From Dermatophilaceae bacterium (GTDB lineage Bacteria; Actinomycetota; Actinomycetes; Actinomycetales; Dermatophilaceae), in contig DATCNE010000172.1 of the NCBI GenBank assembly GCA_036565395.1, positions 1-57,446 of the forward strand: a stretch of 57,446 bases of DNA, written 5' to 3'. Both the position numbers and the translations under genes were made by a program. Below, in pieces: positions 10,161 through 20,030 of the stretch (positions are counted from its first letter, which is position 1; each line of letters starts with the position of its first letter). Below the pieces are notes generated by a model. That model was not told where the DNA came from and did no database searches. It worked only from the letters and a program-made list of their open reading frames with translations.

Positions 10161-11159
10161 ATGACCACTGAACGGCTACAGACGGTGAACAGCGTTCTGG
10201 ACGAAACCGATAACCGGCTGGAAGCGGGTCAAGCCGCCGGAGCAAAGGTATGGCTGTCGGGATTCCCTGTGTTGGACAAGACGCTGGCCGGTGGGTTCCG
10301 CTCGGGTGAGCTGGTCCTCGTGGGCGGAGGCCAGGGACTGGGCAAGACCACCTTCGCACTACAGGTCATGCGCAACCTGGTGGCGACCGGTCACACCGCG
10401 GTCTACTTCTCCTTCGATCATGACAACACCACGCTGATCGAGCGGCTGATCGCCATGGAGGCGGCCGAGATCGCCGGGTTGTCGGGGGTTTCGCTGAAGC
10501 GGGTCCGTGAGGCGTTCGAGACGCGACAACGTAATGAGCCAAAGCTTGAGACGCGCCTCGCTGGCACGGAGGCCGGGGTTGAAGCGGTTCAGGAGCTCCG
10601 TGAATACGGCCGGCGGTTGCACCTGCATCGCTCCAAGTCATCCGACACCGATGTCGAGGCCATGAAGAAGGTCATCGAGGGGATCCGTGAGGACACGGGG
10701 CAGGCGCCGTTCGTGGTCGTCGACTCCCTGCAGAAGGTCCATCTCGCCGGGTCCGGGCTGCTCTCGGATGACGATCGGGCCACCCTTGTCGTCGAGGAGC
10801 TCAAAGACCTGACGCTGGAGGCTGGTGTGCCGATTCTTGCCATCGTCGCTGCCGGCCCGATCTCCGGCAAGCGGATGAGGGTCAAGGACCTGCGCGGGTC
10901 GTCGACCGTTGCCGTCCCCGCCGACGTCGTGCTCATCCTCAACGACAAGTTCGATGTGGTGGCCCGGCATCACCTCGTGTACAACCTGGCCAGCGCCGAG
11001 CGGTTCAAGAGCTGGGTCATCCTGAGCATCGAGAAGAACCGCAATGGCATCGACAAGGTGGACCTCGAGTTCGAGAAGCAGTTTGCGCAGGGCAGGTTCG
11101 ATCCCAACGGTGGGCGGGTTGAAGAAGAGCTGTTGGACGACCGAATCTTCGTCGAGTAG
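10161..11159 (+). CDS. stand-alone DnaB-C-terminal-domain-like (RecA-fold) ATPase, paralog 1
   Basis: GFPVLDKTLAGGFRSGELVLVGGGQGLGKTTFALQ (Walker A), FVVVDSLQKV (Walker B), KDLRGSSTVAVPADVVLILN (DnaB-like Arg-finger region) and SIEKNRNGIDKVDLEF. Start set at ATG 10161 by homology with the paralogs, not at track start 10107. Confidence 0.8.
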   Translation: MTTERLQTVNSVLDETDNRLEAGQAAGAKVWLSGFPVLDKTLAGGFRSGELVLVGGGQGLGKTTFALQVMRNLVATGHTAVYFSFDHDNTTLIERLIAMEAAEIAGLSGVSLKRVREAFETRQRNEPKLETRLAGTEAGVEAVQELREYGRRLHLHRSKSSDTDVEAMKKVIEGIREDTGQAPFVVVDSLQKVHLAGSGLLSDDDRATLVVEELKDLTLEAGVPILAIVAAGPISGKRMRVKDLRGSSTVAVPADVVLILNDKFDVVARHHLVYNLASAERFKSWVILSIEKNRNGIDKVDLEFEKQFAQGRFDPNGGRVEEELLDDRIFVE

Positions 11160-11277
11160 CCGCACCGACCACAGACGTTGGCCACTGGGCGCCGATACGT
11201 GGGCACTGGGTCCGGGGGTGCAGCATCAGCCGTTCGGTCAGACCTCGCTCAATCGCTCACGTCACCGCCCCTCTCCG

Positions 11278-11286
11278 TGCTGCAAT
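11278..11286 (+). promoter_or_regulatory. conserved upstream box TGCTGCAAT, 5 nt before the ATG of ATPase paralog 2
   Basis: Identical 9-mer to the one at 10146. No SD. Confidence 0.4.
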
Positions 11287-11291
11287 AGACC

Positions 11292-12329
11292 ATGACAGCG
11301 CTGCAATCAACGACGACGGCAACGGTGACGGGGCGGCTGCAGTCCCTGCACAGTTTCCTGGAGGAGACCAACGACCGGCTGAAGGCGGGTCAGGTCGCAG
11401 GAGCCAAGGTGTGGCCGTCCGGCTTCGGTGCCCTGGACAAGGCGCTCAAGGGTGGGTTCCGCTCGGGTGAGCTCGTGCTTCTGGGCGGGCCGCAGGGCCT
11501 GGGCAAGACCACGTTCGGGCTCCAGGTGATTCGCAACCTCATCGCCGCCAACCACAGTGCCGTCTACTTCTCGTTCGAGCATGACAACCACACTCTGCTC
11601 GAGCGGCTGATTGCCATGGAGGCGGCCGAGATTGCTGGCCGCACCGCGGTCCCGCTGCATCGGGTCCGCCAGGCGTTCGAGGCGCGACACAGCTCGGAGC
11701 AGACGTTGGAGGGACGACTCGAAGGCACCCTGGGTGGGGTCGAGGCGGTCCAGGCGCTCCAGAGTTATGCCCGGCGGCTGCACCTGCACCGTTCCAACGG
11801 GTCCGACACCGACGTCGAAGCCATGCGACGGGTCATCGAGACCATTCGTGATGAAACGGGGGAAGAGCCGTTCGTGGTTGTGGACTACCTCCAGAAGGTC
11901 CATGTCCCCCAGTCCGCTGGCATGTCCGAGGACGAGCGGGTCACGATGGTTGTCGAAGCGCTCAAGGATCTGGCACTGGAGCTGCGTCTGCCTGTGGTGG
12001 CCATCGTCGCGGCCGACAAGAGCGGTCTGGCCAGCGGCAAACGCATGAGAGTGCAAGACCTACGCGGTTCATCGGCCCTTGCCTACGAGCCCGACATCGT
12101 GCTCATCATCAACGACAAGTACGACGTGGTCGCCCGGCATCACCTGATCTATGACGTGGCCAACGCTGATCGCTTCCGGGGCTGGGTGGTCATGTCCATC
12201 GAGAAGAACCGCAATGGCGTGGACAAGGTGGATCTCGAGTTCCGGAAGCGCTTCGACCAGGGCAGGTTCGACACCGGTGGCGGATATGTCGCCGAACAGC
12301 TCATCGACGAGCGGATCTTCGTCGAATAG
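11292..12329 (+). CDS. stand-alone DnaB-C-terminal-domain-like (RecA-fold) ATPase, paralog 2
   Basis: GGPQGLGKTTFGLQ, FSFEHDNHTL, FVVVDYLQKV, QDLRGSSALAYEPDIVLIIN and SIEKNRNGVDKVDLEF. Collinear with paralog 1 over the full length. Confidence 0.8.
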   Translation: MTALQSTTTATVTGRLQSLHSFLEETNDRLKAGQVAGAKVWPSGFGALDKALKGGFRSGELVLLGGPQGLGKTTFGLQVIRNLIAANHSAVYFSFEHDNHTLLERLIAMEAAEIAGRTAVPLHRVRQAFEARHSSEQTLEGRLEGTLGGVEAVQALQSYARRLHLHRSNGSDTDVEAMRRVIETIRDETGEEPFVVVDYLQKVHVPQSAGMSEDERVTMVVEALKDLALELRLPVVAIVAADKSGLASGKRMRVQDLRGSSALAYEPDIVLIINDKYDVVARHHLIYDVANADRFRGWVVMSIEKNRNGVDKVDLEFRKRFDQGRFDTGGGYVAEQLIDERIFVE

Positions 12330-12349
12330 CAGTCGACCAGCAGACTTCG

Positions 12350-12358
12350 TGTTGAAAT
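12350..12358 (+). promoter_or_regulatory. conserved upstream box TGTTGAAAT, 5 nt before the ATG of ATPase paralog 3
   Basis: Variant of the TGCTGCAAT box in the same position relative to ATGAC. No SD. Confidence 0.35.
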
Positions 12359-12363
12359 GAGCC

Positions 12364-13434
12364 ATGACCTCGCTGGAACCAAGCATCATGCCTGAAGCAA
12401 CCACCCAGACTGAGCGGCTCAAGACGTTGCGCGCCGTTCTTGAGGCGACCAACGAAGTGCTAAGCGCGGATGAACCAGCCGGAGCCAGGGTCTGGCCGTC
12501 AGGCTTCGTCCACTTGGACTCCATGCTGACCGGTGGGTTTCGTGCGGGTGAGCTGGTGCTTCTGGGCGGAGGGCCAGGTCTGGGCAAGACCACGTTTGCG
12601 CTGCAGGTGGCGCGCAACCTCGTCGTATCCGGCCACAGCGTCGTCTTCTTCTCGTTCGAGCATGACTACCACTCTTTGTTGGAGCGGCTGATTGTCATGG
12701 AGGCCGCTGAGATCGCGGGTCCGGTTGCGGTTCAGTTGCCTACCGTCCGTCAGGCGTTCCGCATGTCACAGGGTCCGGATCGGATGATGATGGAGGGACG
12801 GCTGTACGGCACTGAGGGAGGCGTCGAGGCGGTCGAGGCGCTGGAAGGCTACTGCGATCGGCTGTACCTGCACCGTTCCAGCGGAGCCCAAACCGACGTC
12901 GAGGTCATGAGATCGACCATCGAGGCGATCCGCGAGCGTACGGGAAGGACACCGTTCGTGGTGGTCGACTACCTCCAGAAGGTCAAGGCCGCCGCACCTC
13001 CGGGGGATCGGCGCCGGTCCGTCCAGTTGTCTGAGGAAGACCGGATCACCGTGGTCGTTGAGGGGCTCAAGGACATGTCGTTGGACCTGTCCGTCGCTGT
13101 TCTCGCCCTTGTCGCGGTCGACAAGTCTGGCCTGGCAGCCGCCTCGAGGACGCGAGTCCGGGATCTGCGCGGATCCTCAGCCCTCGCACATGAAGCCGAC
13201 ATCGTGCTCATCCTCAACCACAAGTTCGATGTGGTTGCCCGGCATCACCTGATGTTCAACACGGCCAACGCCGAGCAGTTCCACCACTGGGTGGTCATGA
13301 GCATCGAGAAGAACCGCAATGGCGTGGACAACGTGGACCTTGAGTTCCGGAAGCGCTTCGAGAACAGCAGGTTCGACACCGACGGTGGACGGGTCGAGGA
13401 GGAGCTGGTCGACGACCGAATCTTCCGCGAGTAG
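12364..13434 (+). CDS. stand-alone DnaB-C-terminal-domain-like (RecA-fold) ATPase, paralog 3
   Basis: GGGPGLGKTTFALQ, FSFEHDYHSL, FVVVDYLQKV, RDLRGSSALAHEADIVLILN and SIEKNRNGVDNVDLEF. Carries an ~11-aa insertion (PPGDRRRSVQLS) after Walker B. Confidence 0.8.
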   Translation: MTSLEPSIMPEATTQTERLKTLRAVLEATNEVLSADEPAGARVWPSGFVHLDSMLTGGFRAGELVLLGGGPGLGKTTFALQVARNLVVSGHSVVFFSFEHDYHSLLERLIVMEAAEIAGPVAVQLPTVRQAFRMSQGPDRMMMEGRLYGTEGGVEAVEALEGYCDRLYLHRSSGAQTDVEVMRSTIEAIRERTGRTPFVVVDYLQKVKAAAPPGDRRRSVQLSEEDRITVVVEGLKDMSLDLSVAVLALVAVDKSGLAAASRTRVRDLRGSSALAHEADIVLILNHKFDVVARHHLMFNTANAEQFHHWVVMSIEKNRNGVDNVDLEFRKRFENSRFDTDGGRVEEELVDDRIFRE

Positions 13435-13470
13435 GCCCTGATCTGGTGACGTGGCCCTGACAGAAGGACA

Positions 13471-14706
13471 TTGACGGACAATGGGGGAGTGACCTCACCG
13501 CGCAGCATCGTCATCCTGGGATCGACCGGTTCGATCGGCACCCAGGCTCTCGAGGTCGTGGCCGCCAACCCTGCGCGCTTCCGTGTCACCGCGATCAGCG
13601 CCGGCGGCGGCAACCTCGACCTGCTGGCCCGCCAAGCGGTCGCGCTGGATGTCCAGGCGGTCGGCGTGGCGCGAGGGGAGCACGACATCATCGCGGCGGC
13701 CATTCACCAGATGGCGAGTGAGGCTGGACGTCAGGGGTTCATGCCGCAGATTCTTGTCGGGGAGCAGGCCAGCACCGACCTGGCGGCGAGTGGAGCAGAC
13801 GTGGTGCTGAACGGCATCACCGGCTCGATCGGTTTGCGTCCAACCTTGGCTGCCCTCACGTCGGGCGCCACCCTGGCCCTGGCCAACAAGGAGTCCCTGA
13901 TCGTCGGTGGCTCGCTGGTCAAGGCAGCGGCCGCGCCCGGTCAGATCGTCCCCGTCGACAGTGAGCACAGCGCCATCGCCCAGTGCCTGCGCGGTGGCAC
14001 GGCTGACGAGGTGCGCAAGCTTGTGATCACGGCCAGCGGCGGACCTTTCCGGGGGAGGAGCCGCGTTGAGCTCGAGTCGGTCACTCCCGAGCAGGCTCTT
14101 GCCCATCCGACCTGGGCCATGGGACCGGTCATCACCACCAACTCGGCAACGCTGGTCAACAAGGGCCTGGAGGTCATCGAGGCTCACCTGCTCTTCGACA
14201 TACCGTTCGAGCGCATCGAGGTCGTCGTCCACCCGCAGTCCCTGGTCCACTCGATGGTGGAGTTCGTCGACGGCTCCACCATTGCCCAGGTCTCCCCCCC
14301 GAGCATGCTGATCCCCATCGCCCTGGGGATGGCCTGGCCTGACCGGGTTCCTGACGCGGGTCCGTCGGTCGACTGGACGAAGGCAGCCACGTGGGAGTTC
14401 TTCCCGCTGGACGAAGGGGCCTTTCCCGCTGTCTCCCTGGCTCGGAAGGTGGGAGCGGCTGGCTCCTGCTTCCCCGCCGTCTTCAACGCAGCCAACGAAG
14501 AGTGCGTTGCCGCGTTCTTGCACGGAAACATTCGCTTCGTCGACATCGTCGACACGGTCGAGCGGGTGGTGGACGAGTGGAGCGACCACCCTGAGAACAA
14601 TTCGGCGCTGCTGGACGTTGATACCGTATTGAGCGCCGAGACATGGGCGCGACGACGAGCCCGTGCGGTCCTGGGCCTTACCGGAAGTGAGACGCTGGTT
14701 CTGTGA
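13471..14706 (+). CDS. dxr: 1-deoxy-D-xylulose 5-phosphate reductoisomerase
   Basis: [37 protein letters not shown] and [19 protein letters not shown]. The start may be GTG 13489 instead of TTG 13471. Confidence 0.95.
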   Translation: MTDNGGVTSPRSIVILGSTGSIGTQALEVVAANPARFRVTAISAGGGNLDLLARQAVALDVQAVGVARGEHDIIAAAIHQMASEAGRQGFMPQILVGEQASTDLAASGADVVLNGITGSIGLRPTLAALTSGATLALANKESLIVGGSLVKAAAAPGQIVPVDSEHSAIAQCLRGGTADEVRKLVITASGGPFRGRSRVELESVTPEQALAHPTWAMGPVITTNSATLVNKGLEVIEAHLLFDIPFERIEVVVHPQSLVHSMVEFVDGSTIAQVSPPSMLIPIALGMAWPDRVPDAGPSVDWTKAATWEFFPLDEGAFPAVSLARKVGAAGSCFPAVFNAANEECVAAFLHGNIRFVDIVDTVERVVDEWSDHPENNSALLDVDTVLSAETWARRRARAVLGLTGSETLVL

Positions 14707-16049
14707 TGTACCTCCTCGGCGTGCTGTTCGTTGCCCTCGGTATCAGTGTCTCCATCGCCTTGCACGAGGTCGGCCACCTCCTGCCCGCCAAGCGGTTCGG
14801 CGTCAAGATCACCCAGTACATGGTCGGCTTCGGCCCGACCGTCTGGTCGCGCCAACGCGGCGAGACCGAGTACGGCCTCAAGGCGATCCCGCTCGGTGGC
14901 TACATCCGCATGATCGGCATGTTCCCACCCAAACCCGGCGCGGATCCGTCGATGTTGCGCGGCTCGAGCACCGGCCGCTTCTCCCAGCTGATGGACCAGG
15001 CCCGCGACGAGTCCATGGAGCAGGTCAAACCGGGCGACGAGAACCGTGTCTTCTACAAGCTTTCGACGCCCAAGAAGCTCGTGGTGATGCTCGGTGGCCC
15101 GACCATGAACCTGGTCATCGCCGTGGTCCTGCTGGGCGGCATCTTCACCCTGTACGGCATTGGCCAGATCACCGCCCGCGTCAGCGCCGTGTCTCAGTGC
15201 GTCCAGACCGTCCAGGCCAACGGCTCCGCCCCCGCAACCTGCTCGCCGTCCGACCCTCAGGCTCCAGCCAACGTGGCGGGCATCCGCCCCGGCGACAGGA
15301 TCATCGCCCTGGCCGGCCAGCCGGTCAGCAACTGGGACGACGTTCGCGCCCTGGTTCGGCCCAACGGCGGCCGGCAGATCAGCGTCGTCGTCGACCGCGA
15401 CGGCAAGACCCTCCACCTGACTGCCACGCCGATCCTCAACAACGTGCCGCGGGTCGACGCGGCCGGCAACCTCGTCGTCGGCCCTGACGGCAAGGCCCTT
15501 ATGGATCGCGTCGGTTTCATGGGCTTCTCGCCCAGCGCAGAAATCGTCAGGCAACCCATCACCGCCGTCCCCGCAGTCATTGGCGACCAGATCATCCGCA
15601 CCGCCGGCGTGGTGTTCAGGATCCCGCAGAAGATGGCCGGCATCGCCAAGGCAGCGTTCGGCGGCGGGGTGCGCGACCCGAACGGCCCGATGTCCGTAGT
15701 CGGTGTCGGGCGAGTGGCCGGTGAGGTCGCCAACGGTCAGCTTCCCGGGGTGGCCGATTCTGGCGCCTCCAAGTTTGTCATCCTGATCAGCTTGATCGGG
15801 TCCCTCAACATTGCGCTGTTCGTCTTCAACCTCATCCCGCTGCTGCCTCTGGACGGCGGGCATGCGGCCGGTGCCCTGTGGGAAGGCCTCAAGCGGCAGG
15901 TGGCCAGGCTTCGCGGCCGGCCCAACCCGGGCTATGTCGACGTCGCGAAGGCTCTGCCTGTGGCCTATGCCGTGTCGATCGCGCTCATCGGTATGTCCGT
16001 CCTGCTGATCTATGCCGACCTGGTCAACCCGATCAAGATCGGCGGCTGA
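14706..16049 (+). CDS. site-2 (M50 family) zinc metalloprotease with PDZ domain, RseP/Rip1-like
   Basis: HEVGHLL zinc motif in TM1, a central PDZ-like region, and NLIPLLPLDGGH. The start overlaps the dxr stop (GTG 14703 or ATG 14706). Confidence 0.9.
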   Translation: MYLLGVLFVALGISVSIALHEVGHLLPAKRFGVKITQYMVGFGPTVWSRQRGETEYGLKAIPLGGYIRMIGMFPPKPGADPSMLRGSSTGRFSQLMDQARDESMEQVKPGDENRVFYKLSTPKKLVVMLGGPTMNLVIAVVLLGGIFTLYGIGQITARVSAVSQCVQTVQANGSAPATCSPSDPQAPANVAGIRPGDRIIALAGQPVSNWDDVRALVRPNGGRQISVVVDRDGKTLHLTATPILNNVPRVDAAGNLVVGPDGKALMDRVGFMGFSPSAEIVRQPITAVPAVIGDQIIRTAGVVFRIPQKMAGIAKAAFGGGVRDPNGPMSVVGVGRVAGEVANGQLPGVADSGASKFVILISLIGSLNIALFVFNLIPLLPLDGGHAAGALWEGLKRQVARLRGRPNPGYVDVAKALPVAYAVSIALIGMSVLLIYADLVNPIKIGG

Positions 16050-16103
16050 CCGCTCCGCTCGACCGAACGCCGCTCGTCGCGGCACGTGAGGAATACTGTC
16101 GCC

Positions 16104-17267
16104 ATGTCGGTTTCTCTTGGTATGCCGCTGCTGCCGCCCCCGGTGGTATCCCCGCGGCGCAAGTCCCGCAAGATCAAGGTCGGCAAGGTTGAGGTTGGTG
16201 GCGACGCCCCCATCTCGGTGCAGTCGATGTGCACGACCCCCACCACTGACGTCAACGCGACGTTGCAGCAGATCGCTGAGCTGACCGCGACCGGGTGCGA
16301 CATCGTGCGGGTGGCCTGCCCCACCCAGGATGATGCCGACGCCCTGGCCGAGATCGCCAAGAAGAGCCAGATCCCGGTCATCGCCGACATCCACTTCCAG
16401 CCCAAGTACGTCTTCGCCGCGATCGACGCCGGCTGCGCTGCGGTCCGGGTGAACCCGGGCAACATCCGCAGGTTCGACGACCAGGTCAAGCAGATTGCCC
16501 AGGCGGCCAAGGACGCCGGCGTCTCCATCCGGATCGGCGTCAACGCTGGCTCGCTGGACCCCCGCATCATGGCCAAGTACGGCAAGGCCACCCCCGAGGC
16601 TCTGGTCGAGTCGGCCATCTGGGAGGCGAGCCTGTTCGAGGAGCACGACTTCCACGACTTCAAGATCTCGGTCAAGCACAGCGATCCCGTGGTGATGATC
16701 CGGGCCTACGAGCAGCTGGCCGCCCGTGGCGACTGGCCACTGCACCTCGGCGTGACCGAGGCCGGCCCTGCCTTCCAGGGGACGATCAAGTCCTCCGTGG
16801 CCTTCGGAGCGTTGCTGGCGAAGGGAATTGGCGACACCATCCGCGTCTCTCTGTCGGCCCCACCGGTCGAGGAGATCAAGGTCGGCAACCAGATCCTGCA
16901 GTCCCTGAACCTGCGCCCGCGCAAGCTGGAGATCGTCTCGTGCCCTTCGTGCGGTCGGGCTCAGGTCGACGTCTACACCCTGGCCGACCAGGTGGCGGCG
17001 GGCCTGGAGGGTCTCGAGGTGCCCCTGCGCGTTGCCGTCATGGGCTGCGTCGTGAACGGTCCAGGAGAGGCTCGCGAGGCCGATCTCGGTGTCGCGTCGG
17101 GCAATGGCAAGGGCCAGATCTTCGTCAAGGGCGAGATTATCAAGACGGTGCCTGAGTCCCAGATCGTCGAGACCCTGATCGAGGAGGCCATGCGGCTTGC
17201 CGAGGAGATGGGCGAGCCGGTGGACGGCGAAGGAAAGTCCACGGGTCCCGTCGTCACCGTGGGCTGA
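16104..17267 (+). CDS. ispG: 4-hydroxy-3-methylbut-2-en-1-yl diphosphate synthase
   Basis: [22 protein letters not shown], and Fe-S cysteines in SCPSCGR and GCVVNGPGE. Conserved position after dxr and the M50 protease. Confidence 0.95.
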   Translation: MSVSLGMPLLPPPVVSPRRKSRKIKVGKVEVGGDAPISVQSMCTTPTTDVNATLQQIAELTATGCDIVRVACPTQDDADALAEIAKKSQIPVIADIHFQPKYVFAAIDAGCAAVRVNPGNIRRFDDQVKQIAQAAKDAGVSIRIGVNAGSLDPRIMAKYGKATPEALVESAIWEASLFEEHDFHDFKISVKHSDPVVMIRAYEQLAARGDWPLHLGVTEAGPAFQGTIKSSVAFGALLAKGIGDTIRVSLSAPPVEEIKVGNQILQSLNLRPRKLEIVSCPSCGRAQVDVYTLADQVAAGLEGLEVPLRVAVMGCVVNGPGEAREADLGVASGNGKGQIFVKGEIIKTVPESQIVETLIEEAMRLAEEMGEPVDGEGKSTGPVVTVG

Positions 17268-17282
17268 AGCCGAGATTCGGCT

Positions 17283-18167
17283 GTGACGGTCGACAGAGCT
17301 GCCGGGGCAAGGCAGGCTGGTGGCGTGCTCCGTACCCAGAGTCCCGTACGAGCCCTGACCAGGGCTGACCGCGATCAGGCGCTGGAAGTCTGCGCGCGCG
17401 ATACCCGCACGAATGTCTTTGTGGCCGCCCGCATCCTCGAAGGCGCGCTCGTGACTTCTCCCGGTGCCCTGTTGGGCTACGCCGACGGCTCCGGCCTGCA
17501 GGCCATCTGTTGGGCCTCGGCGAACCTCGTCCCCGTCGGGTGCGACGTCCACGCCCTCGAGGCGTTCGCCACCAAGCTCGACCGCTGGCGGCGCCACTGC
17601 TCATCGGTGTTCGGACCCGCTGAGATGGTGCTGCCCCTGTGGGCGGAGCTGAGGCACAGCTGGGGTAGGCCCCGCGAGGTTCGCAAGCACCAGCCGGTGA
17701 TGGCCACCGCCGGCCTCGTTCCGCCAGATGTGCCCCACGACCCCGAGGTCCGTCGGGCTCGATTCGACGAGGTGGACCTGGTGATGCCTGCGGCGGCGGC
17801 CATGTTCACCGAGGAGATCGGCTACCCGCCGTACTGGGGCTCGGGCCAGATCTACCGCCAGAGCGTCGCAGCACTGATCAGGGCGGGTCACACCTTCGTC
17901 CGGGTGGTCGACGGTGAGGTCATGTTCAAGGCCGATGTCGGTTCGGTGGCTCTGGGTGTCGCTCAGATCCAGGGGGTGTGGGTGGCTCCGCGCTGGCGTG
18001 GCCAAGGACTCGCGGCGCCCGCCATGGCCTCGGTCGTCGAGCAGGTGCGCGCCGAGATAGCTCCGGTGGTCACGCTCTATGTCAACGACTTCAACCTTGC
18101 GGCGCGTGCCACCTATGCGCGGGTCGGATTCACCGAGATCGGAAGCTTCGCCACAGTGTTGCTGTGA
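17283..18167 (+). CDS. GNAT-family N-acetyltransferase (two-domain, DUF4081-type)
   Basis: C-terminal acetyl-CoA motif VAPRWRGQGLAAPAM. Actinobacterial synteny places a GNAT gene downstream of ispG. Confidence 0.75.
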   Translation: MTVDRAAGARQAGGVLRTQSPVRALTRADRDQALEVCARDTRTNVFVAARILEGALVTSPGALLGYADGSGLQAICWASANLVPVGCDVHALEAFATKLDRWRRHCSSVFGPAEMVLPLWAELRHSWGRPREVRKHQPVMATAGLVPPDVPHDPEVRRARFDEVDLVMPAAAAMFTEEIGYPPYWGSGQIYRQSVAALIRAGHTFVRVVDGEVMFKADVGSVALGVAQIQGVWVAPRWRGQGLAAPAMASVVEQVRAEIAPVVTLYVNDFNLAARATYARVGFTEIGSFATVLL

Positions 18168-18248
18168 GCACCCCGGCCTCCTGCCGATATCCTCACGGGG
18201 TCCGGAGCACCAATGTCTGGACTTCGATGACCTGACCAAGGAGCTCCC

Positions 18249-20030
18249 GTGTCAACGCCGGCCATGCGTATGTCGACCCTGTTCCTGCGAACCCTGCGCG
18301 AGGATCCGGCCGACGCGGAGCTGCCGAGCCACCGGCTACTGGTCCGGGCCGGCTACATTCGCCGCGTCGCCCCCGGTATCTACACCTGGCTGCCCCTCGG
18401 CCTGAAGGTGCTGCGTAACGTCGAGCGCATCGTGCGCGAGGAGATGGACGCCATCGGCGCCCAAGAGCTGAGCTTCCCGGCGTTGCTGCCCAAGGAGCCC
18501 TTCGAGGCGACCGGCCGCTGGACCGAGTACGGCGAGAACATCTTCCGGCTCAAGGACCGCAAGGGCGCGGACTACCTGCTCGGCCCCACACACGAAGAGA
18601 TGTTCACGCTGACGGTCAAGGACCTCTACGGCTCCTACAAGGACCTGCCCCTGTCGATCTACCAGATCCAGCTCAAGTACCGCGACGAGGCACGTCCGCG
18701 CGCCGGTCTGCTGCGCGGTCGCGAGTTCGTCATGAAGGACTCCTACTCGTTCGACGTGGATGACGCCGGTCTGCAGGCCTCGTATGACGCACACCGCGGG
18801 GCCTACATCAAGATGTTCGACCGTCTGGGTTTCGACTACGTCATCGTCAAGGCGACCTCCGGGGCGATGGGCGGGTCGGCGTCAGAGGAGTTCCTCGCGA
18901 CGGCCGAGAACGGTGAAGACACTTATGTCCGCTGCACCTCATGCGACTACGCGGCGAACGTCGAGGCTGTTCAGGTGCCCGTGCCGCAGGCCATCTCGTA
19001 TGCCGGGACGCCGGCCGCCCACGCAGAGGACACGCCCGACACCCCCACCATCGCGACCCTCGTGGACCATCTCAACGCCACCTTCCCCCGTGCAGACCGC
19101 GCCTGGCAGGCCGGCGACACGCTCAAGAACGTGCTCGTGATGCTGGTGCACCCCGACGGACGCCGCGAGCCGCTGGCCATCGGCGTGCCCGGTGACCGCG
19201 AGATCGACGAGAAGCGACTGGGCGCCCAGGTCGAGCCGGCCGAGATCCAGGCGTTCGATGACGGCGACTTCGCGAGGAATCCCGCGCTGGTCAAGGGTTA
19301 CATCGGCCCGGAGGTGCTGGGCGAGCAGGGCAAGTCCGGGATCACCTTCCTGCTGGACCCCCGAGTCGTCGACGGCACGCGTTGGGTCACGGGTGCCAAC
19401 GTCCAGGGGCAGCACGTGATCGACCTGGTGGCCGGACGCGACTTCACGGCTGACGGCACTATCGAGGCGGCCGAGGTGCGTGATGGTGACGAGTGCCCCA
19501 GCTGTGGTCAGGCACTGGAGACCGCCCGCGGTATCGAGATGGGGCACATCTTCCAGCTTGGGCGCAAGTACGCCGACGCTCTTGATCTCAAGGTCCTTGA
19601 CCAGAACGGCAAGCTGGTGACGGTGACCATGGGCTCCTACGGCGTGGGCGTCAGTCGCGCAGTTGCCGCCGTGGCGGAGGGCTGCCATGACGAGATGGGC
19701 TTGGTGTGGCCTCGCGAGATCGCTCCCGCCGATGTTCATGTCGTGGCGACAGGCAAGGCCGAAGAGGTCTTTGCCAAGGCGGCGGAGCTCACCGATGCCC
19801 TTGCCGCACAGGGCGTCTCGGTCCTCTACGACGACCGCCGCAAGGTCTCGCCCGGCGTGAAGTTCAAGGACGCCGAGCTGATCGGCGTGCCGACCATCGT
19901 GATCGTCGGCAAGGGCCTTGAGGCTGGCACGATCGAGATCAAGGACCGTGCGACCGGTGCGCGACGTGAGGTTCCTGTCGACCAGATCGTCGATGCGGTC
20001 GTGTCCGAGGTGCGCGGCTCCGCGAGCTGA
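18249..20030 (+). CDS. proS: proline--tRNA ligase (bacterial type with editing insertion)
   Basis: [37 protein letters not shown] plus class-II aaRS motifs. 593 aa. GTG 18249 lies 6 nt after AAGGAG. Confidence 0.95.
   Translation: MSTPAMRMSTLFLRTLREDPADAELPSHRLLVRAGYIRRVAPGIYTWLPLGLKVLRNVERIVREEMDAIGAQELSFPALLPKEPFEATGRWTEYGENIFRLKDRKGADYLLGPTHEEMFTLTVKDLYGSYKDLPLSIYQIQLKYRDEARPRAGLLRGREFVMKDSYSFDVDDAGLQASYDAHRGAYIKMFDRLGFDYVIVKATSGAMGGSASEEFLATAENGEDTYVRCTSCDYAANVEAVQVPVPQAISYAGTPAAHAEDTPDTPTIATLVDHLNATFPRADRAWQAGDTLKNVLVMLVHPDGRREPLAIGVPGDREIDEKRLGAQVEPAEIQAFDDGDFARNPALVKGYIGPEVLGEQGKSGITFLLDPRVVDGTRWVTGANVQGQHVIDLVAGRDFTADGTIEAAEVRDGDECPSCGQALETARGIEMGHIFQLGRKYADALDLKVLDQNGKLVTVTMGSYGVGVSRAVAAVAEGCHDEMGLVWPREIAPADVHVVATGKAEEVFAKAAELTDALAAQGVSVLYDDRRKVSPGVKFKDAELIGVPTIVIVGKGLEAGTIEIKDRATGARREVPVDQIVDAVVSEVRGSAS

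Noticed and set aside
14184-17597. 1137-aa ORF on the minus strand, the longest in the track
   Set aside because: It runs antisense to dxr, the M50 protease and ispG, all of which have unmistakable family motifs on the plus strand. Its product is Arg/Gly/Asp/Ala-rich low-complexity sequence with no motifs. This is a typical stop-codon-poor shadow frame of high-GC DNA.
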